Shown: positions 38,289 to 51,019 of the stretch, piece after piece
Layout: every line of letters starts with the position of its first letter
Position numbering within the stretch: the stretch's first letter is position 1
Origin: Hypanus sabinus
Lineage: Eukaryota
DNA: 64,000 bases
Direction: 5' to 3'
NCBI RefSeq assembly: GCF_030144855.1
Contig: NC_082724.1
Coordinates: 27,528,001 to 27,592,000, forward strand
Translations under genes and position numbers: made by a program
The notes under the pieces: model-generated
The model's input: only the letters and a program-made list of their open reading frames with translations
The model's database searches: none
What the model was told of the DNA's origin: nothing

Positions 38289-40369
38289 TAATTTAAATGT
38301 TTTTACTTACATTTTAAAAATTTGAATGAAGATTTAGCTTATGATTATGCTCTAAGAAAATAATAAGTAACACAAAACCAAAAACTGGAAATCTGAAATG
38401 GAGGGGTAAATACTGAAAATGTTCGACAGGACACACAGAAGGAAACAAATGCAACATTTCACGTTGGTGACCATTTTGATAAATGCAAGAAATTAAATAA
38501 CAGTTAAGCAATTTCAAAGGCAAAGTAAAGAAGAGATCAATAATAGTCTAAGATCAATGCAGAAGAGATGGCTATAGCTATGAGTTACAAATGTAAATGA
38601 CAAAATGTGATGGGGATATGCTATCTACTAAACTTCAATGCTGAAGTGTTAAGGCCAAGGACAGGATTTGTCATCAGTGCTTGAACACACGTCTGACTGA
38701 TTCAAAAACAGAAAGACTGGAAGAAGTCAGGTAGACAAACATATCTGAGGAAAGAGAAGTCAGTTAACATTTCGTGTTCAGATCTTAGTGATTATTGTCC
38801 TCTTGCGGTCCAGACATGAGCACATGTGACGAAAGCCTTCATGTTGATGAGTTCAAGCAAAGAGGATGAACCTCCAGTTTAGCTGTAAAAATTGTTATGA
38901 AATCTACTGATGATCAGGAACTTGTCAGAATTACTCAAAACAAAATAAAAACTTCAGATAATATAAAATAAATAACCTAAAACATTTAAATAATCAAATA
39001 CATTTAAATTCATTTGACCAATTCAAAAGATTTTTATTAAATACAAACTATTTTAGTCCCTCGTGTCTCTTTGTCTTTATTGAAGTTAATGGTGAAACAC
39101 TCCACATTCCACCTATGTCCTGATGTAGGAAAATTGTGTGATAATTTTCAAGATGGGGATTCAACCTTTAGAGCCGTTTTGGAGTCACAACCACAAAAAG
39201 CTGTCCCCACCCCCCCAACAATCCCCTCACCTCCTAATAATCAAACAGTGATCCATAAGATTATGACAATTTCATTAGGACATTTTGCCTGTTCAGCAAA
39301 TAAAATATTGCCATTTTCCAAATGCAGTGCATATCATTACCTCATCAATTTGTTATACGGGAAGCAAGTTGGATTACTTTGCCTGAATATTTCTTGGCTC
39401 AGATCCACTATTTATATTTGTCACTCATAGCCATCCCTTTCCCAAGCGTATGTGCTGTGGATGCAGAGTGCCTGTTTTGCCAGCCTAAAGCAAACCGATG
39501 TCCAGCAGTGAGTCCTAATCTGAAGCTGCACCTCAGTCAAAGAAACAGAGAAGCTTTGATGGCCTGTCAAAAGTTTACAAAGTTACAGAGCCTTTTAAAT
39601 ATTTGAAGCATTTAGAAATAGTTATAAACTGCAAAATAAAGAAATTCATTTTTGTTAATAAATAAAAGATGAATAACCTAGCAATAAACATACTTTAAAT
39701 ATAAAATGCCTTAAAACATTGTCAGATTGTAAAGTTAAAATACCTTTAATAAAACTGTTAAACAGTGCACAGATGATTAAAAGATGAATCTACTGGTTTA
39801 CTTTCTCTGTGTCAGTGGTGGGAAATCCCAGGAAGATGAAGCTCTGCCACCAGCAATCCAGCAGAAGAGCAAAAATGTACAGCATCAACTAATATTCAGT
39901 ATATTTGAGACCTCCATATTTGCCTACATATGTATGGCTACCATGTACCTACTGGCATTTAAATAGATGAACACCTGTGGTTTTTTTGGCCCACCATTAA
40001 TCACCAGCAGTATCTGGGCCAACAATTTTATTTTCTGTGCCTCTGTTAAAGGATCCCTTATTATCTTTGAATCATTTTCTCAACCTGTCCTCCTACTTTC
40101 AAAGATTTATATGAATATGCTTAAGGTGTCTTCGTTCTTACATCCAATTTACAGTTGTACCCTTCATATTATGTGGCTTCTGTGTATTCTGTCTACCAAG
40201 CTATATTCATGCTTATTTCTCTTATTTAACCTTTATCTGACACACGTCTGTGAATTTCAATGTCTTATCTAAAGTATCTTCTATCTATTAAAAAAAGCAC
40301 TTTAAATACTTTCAATCTGTAGTTTTCATTTTTAACTCCAGCAATATGAAATAAATCTAAAATCAAAAA

Positions 40370-40515
40370 AAAACAACTGCAGATTCTTGACGCCTGAAAT
40401 AAAAGTCAAACATAAGAGAGATATTTAGCCATTTGTGGAGATAGAAACAGTTTACCTGAAATATTAACTGTTTCTCTCCAAAACTGAAATCTGACCTGCT
40501 GAGTTTCCATAATAT
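40370..40515. repeat. Collapsed palindromic Penelope-derived repeat, old
   Basis: ggagatagaaacagtt..aactgtttctctcc inverted core, flanked by ctgcaga and tgacctgctgagtttcc motifs. Confidence 0.5.
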
Positions 40516-41403
40516 TGATAAGTATTGCTTTTAGTTTTGAACTTTTGTTTCTTGGTCAAGCTACAGGAAAAATAAATTAATTGATATTCTTGATTTTATG
40601 CCAGACATCTGAATTAAACCAAAAAAAGGCAAATTGCATTGACCTGCTGCTTGCTTGTCACCAGTTATCTATAAGCAAGGATACATGTAATTGTGTTTAG
40701 TACTAATAGTTTTACTGATCTTAGATAATAGTCCCATGAAGACAATATTCTGTCCCTGAAATACTGCTTATAAGTGCCTGATGTTTGTTTCACCAATGAG
40801 ATATATCTGTCAGAATGTGTACTACAGTGATGTGGACACAGTTGGCATTTTTTTCATCTGTTTATTTTCTACATGATTGTTAACTGCTTTCCTTTGACAC
40901 TTTGATTGGCAGCAATGTGTAATGGTTCTTCTGTTGGGCACTCATCAGTACCCAACCCTGTTACCCACAGGGTAACAGAGCTTGTTTTTTATGTTCTTCA
41001 ATTTGAGCAGATATGAGAGTGAAAAATTGACTGGAAAATCAGTGCTGGCGGAAGCCTGGATTTGAGCAGCTTCTTCAATCCATCTAATATGTCAAACATT
41101 CCAGGAAAAATCAATTGAACCCAGCTTTGCAGTTGTGTATTTAGCATCACTGAGAGTAACCTACAGCTTGATTTGACAGCCACGCTTATACCTCACTTCA
41201 AACATCTAATTTCTAGCCGCACTAAAACTTCGAATATCTAAGAATTTTGAGCCATATTATCCTTAAATGCTGAGGACAAACAAATGGAGTTGTCTGTGAT
41301 ATGTGAAAGCAGGCTTATATTGTCAGTTCTCAACTGCAGCCCTGACGGTAAACCTGGCTAAAATCTCAGATCATCAAAGTGTGAATGCTACGAAGTAATA
41401 CGG

Positions 41404-42690
41404 CCATGAGACACAGGAGCAAAATTAGACCATTCAGTCCATCAAGTCTGTTCCACCATTTGATCGTGGCTAATTTATTTTCCCTCTCAACCCCATTCTC
41501 CTGCATCCTCCCCATAACCTTTGACACCATTACTAATCAAAGTTCAATGTAAGTTTTAATAAAAAAAGGACCTATATGTCACCATATACAACTCTGAGAT
41601 TCTTTTTCTTGCAGGCAATCACAGTAAGTACAAGAAACGCAGTAGTATCAATGAAAGACAGCACCCACCAGGGAATTCAACAAGCTGTGCAAGTAGAAAA
41701 AGAAAGGGTTAAAAAGAAATAATAATAATAATAAATAAGTAATAAATATCAAGGACATGAGATGAAAAGCCCATGAAAGAGAGTCCAGTTGAGTGGGAAT
41801 GGTTCAGTGATGGGGTGAATGAAGTTGAGTAAAGTTATCCCCTCTGGTTCAAGAGCCTGATCTTGAGGGATATTAGCTGTTTCTAAATCTGATGGTACAG
41901 GTCCTGAGTGTTCTGTACCCTCTTCATGATGGCAGCAGTGAGAAGAGAGCTTGGCTTGGATGGTGGAGGTACTTGATGATAGATGCTGTTTTCCTGCACC
42001 CCATGTAAATGTGCTCAATAGTGTGGAGACTTTACCCTTGATGGACTGGGCCATATCCACTACCTTTTCTGGGCATTGGTGTTTCCATGATGCAACCAGA
42101 TAGTATACTCTCCACCACACTAATATAGAGGTTTGTCAGAGTTTTAGATGATATGCCGAATCTTCTCAATCTTCTGAGAAAATAGAGATGCTGCCGTGCT
42201 TTCTTCATAATGGTGCTTATGTGCTGGGCCCAGAACAGATCCTCTGAAATGATAACACCGTGTCTCTGCACCTCTGATCCCACAATGAGGACAAGCTGAT
42301 GGACCTCCAGTTTCCTCCTCTTGACATCAATAATCAAATACCTATCCACCTCTGTTTTAACTATGTCCACTAATTTGGCCTCCATAGTCATCTTGTGGCA
42401 ATGAATTCCACAGATTCATCATCCCCTCGAGTGAGGACAGGTCCTGAGCCATCAGACACTTCACATATGTTAACCCTTTCATTCCCATGATCACTCTCAT
42501 GAACTTCCTTTGGGCCATCTACAATTTCAGAATATCCTTTCATAGATATGGGACTCAAAATTGCACACAATACTCCAAATGTGGTGTGACCGATACCTTA
42601 TGAAGCCTCAGCAATATATCCTTAAATTTATATTCTAGTCTGCTCAAAATGAATGCCAAGATTTAATTTGCTTTCCTTACTATTGTAAGT
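41404..42690 (-). mobile_element. CR1 3' part split by a Rex1 insertion
   Basis: CR1 tail at 41404-41541; CR1 resumes at 42339 (tacctatccacctc..atgaattccacagattca). Confidence 0.8.
41542..42330 (-). mobile_element. Rex1/Babar-type LINE 3' part nested in CR1
   Basis: Minus ORF 42032-42391 KKARQHLYFLRRLRRFGISSKTLTNLY; TAATCAAA at both 41534-41541 and 42331-42338. Confidence 0.88.
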
Positions 42691-42729
42691 ACCAGATTTG
42701 ATCAGGGAAATTAAGGTAAAGAAACCCAC

Positions 42730-43600
42730 TGGAAGCAGTAATCATGATATGATAGAATCCACCCTACAGATGGAAAGGAAGAATATAAAGTCCAATGCAT
42801 CTGAAATACAGATGCATGAGAGAGGAGCTGGCCAATGTTTATTGTAAGGGGACACTAGCAGAGAAGACAGCAGAACAGGAATAGCTGGTATTTCTGGGGC
42901 AGTTCGGAAGCACGGGGTAGATACATCCCAAAGGTGGAGTAGTATTGTAAAGGGAAGATGAGGCAATTGTGGCTGACAAGGGAAGTCAAAGACATCATAA
43001 AATCAAAACAAAGGCACGTAATAGAGGAAAAATTAGTGGAAAGTTAGAGGATTGGGAAGATTTTAGAAACTAACAGAAGGCAGGTGAAACAACCATAAGG
43101 AGAGAAAAGATGAAATACAAAGGTAATCTAGCCAATAATATAAAGAAGACACCAAAGGTTTTTTTTTCAGGTATATATAGAGTAAAAGAGAGATAAAAGT
43201 GGGCACTGAACCACTTGAAAATGATTCTGGGGAAGTAGTAATGGAGGATAAAGAAATGGCAGACAAATTTAAGTACTTTGCATCAGTTTTCACTATGGAA
43301 GGTACAAGCAATCGGCCAGAAATTCAAGAGTGTCAGGAGCCAGAAGTGAATGTAATTGTTGTTACTAAGAAGGTGGTGCTTATCACTTGGGCCAGATGGA
43401 ATACACCCCAGGGTTCAGAAAAGAATAGTTAAAAAGATTATGGAAGCATTAGTAATCATCTTTCAAGAATCACTAGATTCTCAAATGGTTCCGGAGGACT
43501 ACATCTGACTCCACTTTTTAAGGAGGGAGGCAGAAGAAACGGCCAGTTAGCCTAACTTCAGTGATTGTCAAGATGTTGCTGTTCATTGTTAAGGGTGAAG
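42730..43600 (+). mobile_element. CR1 LINE internal fragment
   Basis: ORF 43199-43432 PLENDSGEVVMEDKEMADKFKYFASVFT; homologous to 27150-27990. Confidence 0.88.
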
Positions 43601-43869
43601 TTCTCCTCAATGCTGACAGGAAGATGTTTTCAAAATTCTGAGATTTATCTGATTGTTGGACTGTAGTTTATATCAATCTTCAGTTTTCTGTGTTTTCTTT
43701 TTCATTGCCGATTGGTGGGTGGGTGTTATGTTACTTTTTGTGTGATTTGGGGTCTGATGTTCTTGTTGGTGTTTTTCTGTGTGGGTTATCTGTTAGTTTC
43801 TGTGTGTGAGAGAGGGGCTTGGGGGGTTTGATGATGTCAGTGCTCTTCTATGTGAGGGAGGGGGTTTTG

Positions 43870-44935
43870 AATGATCACAAGTAATTCCTCCACATGCTCT
43901 TCAGCTACATCTTTCAAAACCCTGGAGTGTAGTCCATCTGGTCCAGGTTACTTATCTGCCTTCAGACCCTTTAGCTTCCCAAGCACCTTCTCCTTCGTAA
44001 TGGCAAGTTGCACTTGCTTCTGTCCCCTAACACCAAATTTCTTGCCTTCTGCTGGTGTCTTTCAGAGAGAAGACTAACACAAAATACTTACTCAGCTTGT
44101 CTTCCATTTCTTTTGTACTTGCCTCCTGTTGGGTTTCTATAGAGCTTCCCATTATTTGTTTATATATTTGATGCCTTCTCTTTTGCTTTAATGCTGTCTT
44201 GACTTCATTTTTCAGCTACATTTGTCACATCCTCCTTCTAGAATGCTGCTTCTTTTTTGGCATGATCTGATCCTACATATTCCAAATTGCTCCCTGAAGC
44301 TTCAGCCATTGCTGTTCTTCTGTCATCCTTGCTAGTATCTCCTTCCAATCAACTTTGGCCAGCTCCTCTCTCATGCCTCCGTTATTCCCTTTGCTCTATT
44401 GTCATACTGATACATCTGATTCAACTTTTTCCTCTTAAACTGCAGGGAAAGTTTTGTCATATTACAATCACTGCCTCTAAGGGTTCTTTTACCCTAAACT
44501 CCAAAATCTAATGAATGGGTATTCATTACAGAATACCCAATCCAGAATTGCATAATCCCTGGCAGATCTCCCTCCCCACACGCTGTTCTAAAAAGCCAGC
44601 TCCTAGGCATTTTCCAAATTCCTACTCTTGGGATCCAGCACCAACCTGAGTTTCCCAATCTCTCTACATTGCCTTTTTTACATGCTTTTCTATCAACCAT
44701 TGTAACTTCTACCCCACATCCTGGTTACTGTTTGGAGGCCTCTCAGTCTTTTTACCCTTGCGTTACCTTAACTCCATCTGCAATGATTCTACATCTTCTG
44801 ACCATATACCACTTTTTTCTAAGGATTTGATTTGATTTTTTATCCACACAGCCACTCCACCCATCTGCCCACCTGCTTGTTCTTTCAATAAGATATGTAT
44901 CTGTGTGTATTAAGCTCCTGGCTGTAACCTGTTGC
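43870..44935 (-). mobile_element. CR1 LINE internal fragment (endonuclease/linker)
   Basis: Antisense to 26820-27820 (minus strand LKGLKADK.PGPDGLHSRVLKDVAEE). Confidence 0.85.
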
Positions 44936-45012
44936 ACCTGTGGGTTCAATTACAATATATTTTTCCTGTGGACAAGACAATAATTATCATCAAGACTTGT
45001 ATTTAGGTATCA

Positions 45013-45125
45013 AATTCAAAACAACCCAAAGTGCTTTACAACCAAATGAGGTACTACTGAAGTTGTTGCCTTTGTTATAATATTGCAAAGCTAGAAGCTA
45101 ATTTCCTAACAGAAGCTGCAACTAG
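45013..45125 (-). repeat. Ancient SINE remnant (Deu/SacSINE1-like 3' region)
   Basis: aaaacaacccaaagtgctttacaaccaaatgaggtactactgaagttg..ttgttataat resembles the recalled antisense 3' end of shark Deu-domain SINEs; recall only. Confidence 0.45.
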
Positions 45126-45940
45126 GCTCAGTTACTGTGAGCAGATTCTGCTTTAGGTCCAGGTATAAGAAAAAAATATGGCCAGGGCATGAGGAATTGG
45201 CCTGTAAGATCAAGGTTTTCATGAAGAAAGGAAGTTTAATTTTAGTCTACTTTATGCTGGTTATTATGACTTACAAATCCAAGGTTACAATTTTCATGAT
45301 TCTTGATAAAGTTCATGTATGTTATGATTTTTTGCATGTTTTAAAATGTTCATTATGGGGCAGAGATATTTTTCTGTGGAGAAATAGGTGTCACATAAAA
45401 CTTGAGATCCAAACCTAGTTTATAATGAAAAATAAGATTACACACAGAGTCACAAAACTGAGGACATATGATGAATAATTCATCATTGGCAATCATTGTG
45501 TGCATATTAAATAGAAGCTTGTGATCTTGCTTGCTTAAATGTTGCAATCTTGCCTGGCTGAGTTGAATACACAGCTGGAGACCACAAAACTTTGTTTGTA
45601 CAAGATGCTTATCTTTGATGCTTTTGGAATCTTATCAGGCCATTTTATTTCTGTTCTCAAACTCAGTTTCAAGCTGTGATGGTGGTATAATCTATTTTTA
45701 TAATGTCCATCAATCTGATTTCAAAAGGGTCTAAAATTACAATTTGAAAAAATATATAAATGAAAGTCTTATGGCATCCACCTGACGACTTGAATTCAGT
45801 ATGCTATAAAGATGTCATATTTAAAATGAGCCATTTCACTAGTACTTAAATCAAATGCCTTTTGTAGTTGTTATAAAATTCATTACAAAATAAATTGATC
45901 AGATCGGCTGCTTATTGATGAACATTTTGTAGGTAATGTG

Positions 45941-46783
45941 TGTTATGTATCCCGTAACTGGATAACTTACCAGCAAAGATAGAGAGGTCCGTTGAAGTCT
46001 GATGTCACTATTTTCAAACGTTTTTATTTATAAAGGGGCACAAAAGTAAGGTTACTATAAACATTCAGATAATGCACATCGTCAATACTCAATCTAAAGC
46101 GCGGGTATAGTAATAATCATCATTAAGAAATGAGCTCTACTGTTGTCTAGGGGATAATATATTGTCCGTTGGAAATATAAAAGTCACAGAAGTCTGCAGG
46201 CTTCAGCCTTTTGGGAATCTCTGGGTTTCACGTGGGGCGACAGAGAGAGAGAGATTGGGGAGAAGAGGAAAAACTTGCCGGGTCTTTATGAAGCTTCCAT
46301 TGAATCGGGGGAGCGTTGGTTCCCCCTCCCCGATGTTAGTTAAAAGCGGTTTTCCGTGATTCCAGCCACAAATTACGATCCCGGAATCTAACGCACGTGG
46401 GCTTCCTTCAAAATGGCTTCCCGCTACGGCGGGATCACTCTCGTGTCTTCTTGGTGCGTCTGAAGGGGCTGTCCCCCTTTGACCCTCCTTTATACTTCCT
46501 CATGGGGTCGCAGGTGTCAATCAGGTTGGGATGATGCAATCTCTCTCTCAACCAGCCCACTTTGCCCGAGGGCTTTTCACGTGGTCTCCATGAGACAATA
46601 GTCACTGTCGCCTTATTTTGCATCCCGGGTGGAACGTGCTATTCAGCACGTTTCTCTCTCTCCCACTTCCTGAGTCTATTCAGCATGTCTCTCTCGCTCC
46701 CACTTCCTGGGTCTACTGACCCCCCCCCCCCCAAAACGGGTGCTCTTGCGATTCTCACAAAGGAGGGGGCTGGGATCATAACA
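45941..46783 (-). mobile_element. Solo LTR, 843 bp (Gypsy or class I ERV type)
   Basis: TG..CA termini with imperfect inverted ends TGTTATGTATCCC / GGGATCATAACA; 4 bp TSD TGTG (45937-45940, 46784-46787); minus-strand TATAAA (46489-46494) upstream of AATAAA (46023-46028). Confidence 0.88.
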
Positions 46784-46854
46784 TGTGTAAAACTAATCAA
46801 ATAGTAACAATGAAAATAAACTTTAAAACAAAGCAATTAGAAAAAGGTGGCTAT

Positions 46855-48963
46855 TCTACAGATGATAGAAATCTAAAGCAGCACACACAAAATGCTGGAA
46901 GAGCTCAGCAGGTCAGGCAGCAGCTATGGAAAAGAACAAACAGTCAATGTTTCGGGCTGAGACCCTTCTTCAGGAGTGAAAAGGAGGAAGATACTAGAAT
47001 AAGAAAGGTAGGGGGAGGGGAAGGAGGCAAGCTAGAAAGTGATAGGTGAAGCCAGGTGTGTGGGAAAGGTAAGGGGCTGGACAAGAAGGAATCTGATATG
47101 AGAGGAGAATGGAGCAAAGAAAAAGGGGAAGGAGGTGGAGCTCAGCAAAGTGATAGGCAGGTAGAAGAGGTAAAAGGCTGTAATTGGAAGTGGGGGGAAA
47201 GAATTTTTTTAAGGAGAAATTGATATTCATGCCATGTTATTGTTTGGCTGCTGGGAAGTTCTGCTTTTGGCAAATGGAGCAGAGGCACTAGCGAAGGGTT
47301 TCATCAATGTACAAGAGGCTGCTTTGGGAGTATCAGATACAACAGGCGTCCCCAGCTGATTTGCAGGTGAAGTGTTGCCTCACCTGGAAGGACTTTTTGA
47401 GGCTCTGAATGAAGAAGTTAATGGGCAGGTTTAGCCATTAGGCTGCTTGCAGGGTGGAGTGAGATTAGTGGGGAAGGACGAAAGGATGTGGAGGGAGTGA
47501 TCCCTTTGGAAAGTGGGCAGGGGTAAGATATGTTTAGTTGTAAACATATCCTTACCTCCTTTTGGAGATAGTGGAAGTTGCGACAAATGGTGTGGTGAAT
47601 GCAGAGGCTCAGCATTTTGTGGTAGGTGTTCTAGAATATAAAAGCAAGGATGTAATGTTGAAACTTTATAAAGCACTGGTGAGGTCTCACTTCGAGTATT
47701 GTGAGCTGTTTTGGGCCCCTTGTCTTAGAAAGGATGTACTGAAACTGGAGAGGGTTCAAAGGAGGTTCACAAAAATCTTTACAGAATTGAATGGCTTGTC
47801 ATATGAAGACAGTTTTGATGGCTCTGGGCCTGTATTCACTAGGATTCAGAAGATTTGGGGGGGGGGGACCTCATTGAAACCTATCAAATGGTGAAAGGTC
47901 TTGATAGAGTTCATGCGAAGAGAATGTTTCCTATGGTGGGAGAGGAAGACCAGAGGACACAGCCTCAGAATTGAGAGTGTGCTTTTAGAATGAAGATAAG
48001 GATGAATTTCTTTAGCCAGAGAATGGTGAATCTGTGGAGTCCTTTTCCACAGACTGCTGTGGAGGCCAAGTCTTTATGTTTAAGGCTGAGGTCAATAGAT
48101 TCTTGATTGGTCAATGTGTGAAGAGATATGGGGAGAAGGCAGGAGATTGGTGCTGAGTGGAAAATTGGATCAGCCATGATGAAATGGCAGAGCAGACACG
48201 GTAGGCCAAACGGCCTAATACTGCTCCTATGTTTAATGATTTTATGGTAAGGACAAGGAAGAGGAACTCTATCGCTGTTAAGTTAGCGAGAAGATAGGAT
48301 GAGTGCAAACGGATGTTCGGGAAATGGTGGAGATGCAAGGGGGGGGGGCAACATCAATGGTGGAGGAAGGGAAACGCCATTCTTTGAAGAAGGAGGACAC
48401 TTCTGAAGTCCTGGTAATGAAAGCTGGCAACAGATGCAGCAAAGGCGAAGGAACTGAGAAAAGGGAATAGGATTTTTATAGGAGATAGGGTGGGAAGAGA
48501 TGTAGTCAGAATAAACATGAAAACTGGTAGGTTTATAAAAGATGTCAGTTGATAGTTTGTCTCCAGAGATAGAGACAGGAAGATCAAGAAAGGGGAGGGA
48601 GGTGTCAGAAATGGGCCAAGTGAATTTAAAGGCAGGATGGAAGTTAAAGGCAAAGTTGATTAAATTGATGAGCTCAGCATGGGTGTATGAAACAGCACCA
48701 ATGCAATCGTTAATGCAGTGAAGGAAGAGTTCAGGAGTATTACCAGAGAAGTCTGCAAACATGGACTGTTCCATTCCAACAGAGACAGGTATATCTGGGG
48801 CCCCTGTGGGTGACTGTGACTTACCCCTCAAATCTGGAAAAAGTGGGGGGTGCCCAAGGAAAAGTTGTTGAAGGTGAGAGCCAGTTGTGCCAGACAGAGG
48901 AGGATGGTGGTGGTGAAGAATTGGTTGGTTCTTTTTTGCAGAAACAAGCGGCCATGAGGCCAT
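46855..48963 (-). mobile_element. Penelope-like element (RT to terminal repeat), split by CR1
   Basis: Minus ORF 48283-48963 LFLHCINDCIG..NFHPAFKFTW..LPFLDL..TDIFYKPT..SSHP..IPFSQFLRL is Penelope RT/thumb (YIDD decayed); terminal repeat at 46855-46975. Confidence 0.9.
47628..48248 (+). mobile_element. CR1 3' part nested in Penelope
   Basis: ORF 47562-47894 LEYKSKDVMLKLYKALVRSHFEYCELFWAP..LERVQRRFTK; CR1 tail to ~48248. Confidence 0.9.
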
Positions 48964-50077
48964 CTTGAAGTTGGTTGCTGCTAAACAGTTAGCAAAGGAG
49001 AGAGAAAAGTAACATTGTGCACACTATCAACACACTTCCAAACATCATTATCTTTGATCAAAAACTGGAAGACATTGTGCTAAAACTATTATTGTTAGTA
49101 TAACAAAGACATGGTCTTTTTTTTACAAATTTTATATGCTAGTTCAGAAGTGAAAAATATATCGAGGGACAAGGCTGAGTGTGTGGGATTGGCTGGTGGC
49201 TGGTGGCTGGTAAATGGGGTAAAATTCCAAGTATGTCAGCAAAATGACTCCTGGTTTTTGAAGCAGAACAAAGAGAGACCATTGAACCTTTGCCAAGGAG
49301 GTAAGTTGGCCAAAGTATCTTAAGATGATGAGATGCTTCTGATATAATCACTTAGTGAGTTGTTCTGTGGCTGACCAGATTTAACTGAATCTTAAGCTTG
49401 ATTTGATATCTCCACTGATAGTTTACTATGATTATAAATGGAGGAGTGATGAGAACAGCTGGAGAAGAAAAATGTACCATAACCATGTTTCTTGAGAAAA
49501 ATATAGTGCTTTCTCCTGGCTTCTGAGCTCCCTGATCATTGGAATTCTCCTGGAGAACAGAGGATGTATGTCACTGCCCCTGGCCAACCACCCACAATTA
49601 AATCTAGTCCCACAGCATATGGATAAATGTACCTGGCTTATAAACAAGTCTGGAATGCTCACTGTATGGCTTTAAGGCAGACTGGTCAATTAAGCTGTTT
49701 TTAGGGGCCCCAAATATGCACATGTCGATGTTTTCCCACAGCCTGCTTGCACACCCATCCAAGGATTCTCGTCTGAAACCTCCCTCACCATCTTCGTCAT
49801 TACCTGTGTAATTACCACTTCAAAATAATCGGGCTGTTCATCCACTTGAGCATGCATCACTTAAATCATCCTTGCTGAGTCAGTCGATGCATTGCGGTTC
49901 GCCCAACATTTCACAAAAAGACACATCCAGAATAAAATTTTGTGGCATTAACTAATCATATGTTCTGATATGCTTTCTTTTTGATTCATATTAGCTTTCA
50001 CTCAAAAGTACATTGAATATTTCCTTCTGTAGTCCTTGTGTTTTCTACTGTTTTCATTCTTTTTCAATGTGAGTGTA

Positions 50078-50440
50078 GAACGTGGAACATAACAGCATAG
50101 GAACAGACCCTTTGGCCCATGATGTTGTGCCAAGCTATTGAAACGTAATTAATTGCCTAACTGAACTCAACCCTTCAAGCCTACACAATCTCCATATACC
50201 TCCAATCTCTGCACATTCATGTGCCTATCAAAGAGCCTCTTAAACACCTCTGTCATATTTGCTTCCACCACCAGAACCTGACAGTGCATTTTCAGTGTAA
50301 AAAATGAGCTTATCCCGCTCACCTTAAATACATGCCCTCTATTATTAGATTTTTCTTCATTGGGGAAAAAGATACTGACTGACTAGTCTACCTGGTCTTT
50401 CATATCACTCAGCTATCTCAACTAGCCTCCACCACTATAT
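50078..50440 (-). mobile_element. CR1 3' tail fragment
   Basis: gaacataacagcataggaacagaccctttggcccatgatgttgtgcc, like the tails at 36807 and 37828. Confidence 0.75.
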
Positions 50441-50757
50441 TGTTTCAAATATATTATTTAGAGCAAATAATATATATATATATCTTAACAAATGGCACAT
50501 AACTAAGTTCTAAAGAAGTCTTTCTAACCGCTCAGGAGTACCTCACTTCCAAATAAAATTCTTATTAAAATGTAATAATTATATATTGTGAGTCTTAACT
50601 TTAGAAACTAGTCATAATATTGAATTGAGCAATGCATGTTTCTTTTAATGGGCATCCGTTTCATTACCTACAACATGTGTTTTCATAAGATTAAGCACTT
50701 TTAAAATTGCTTTTTCTGGAATATATTTCCCTTTTCCCTACCCTTTCATAGACCAAT

Positions 50758-51000
50758 GGTTCCATTTAATATACTATATACAACCTGAAATTCTCACTCT
50801 CCACAGACATCCTCAAAACAGAACAAAAGCCCCCAAAGAATGAATGACAGAGAGAACATAAGAATCCCAAAGCCTTCTGTCCCCTCCCACTCACAAGCAG
50901 CAGCAAGCTGTATCAACTCTACCCCCCCCCCACTCTTCTCACTTATTCTAGCATAAAGCATCAGCATTCCCATCACCCACCATGCAAGCAAAAGCTTCTT
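50758..51000 (-). mobile_element. Truncated copy of the 35294-36136 retroposon
   Basis: tacaacctgaaattctcactct..ccaaagaatgaatga..cccctcccac..aagcagcagcaa shared with 35325-35510. Confidence 0.8.
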
Positions 51001-51019
51001 AAATGTCAAACTTAACAAT

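Noticed and set aside
48283-48963. 226 aa ORF as a domesticated reverse transcriptase
   Set aside because: The catalytic YIDD reads CIND, the frame shifts out of homology at both ends, and the element is split by a CR1; a decayed Penelope copy.
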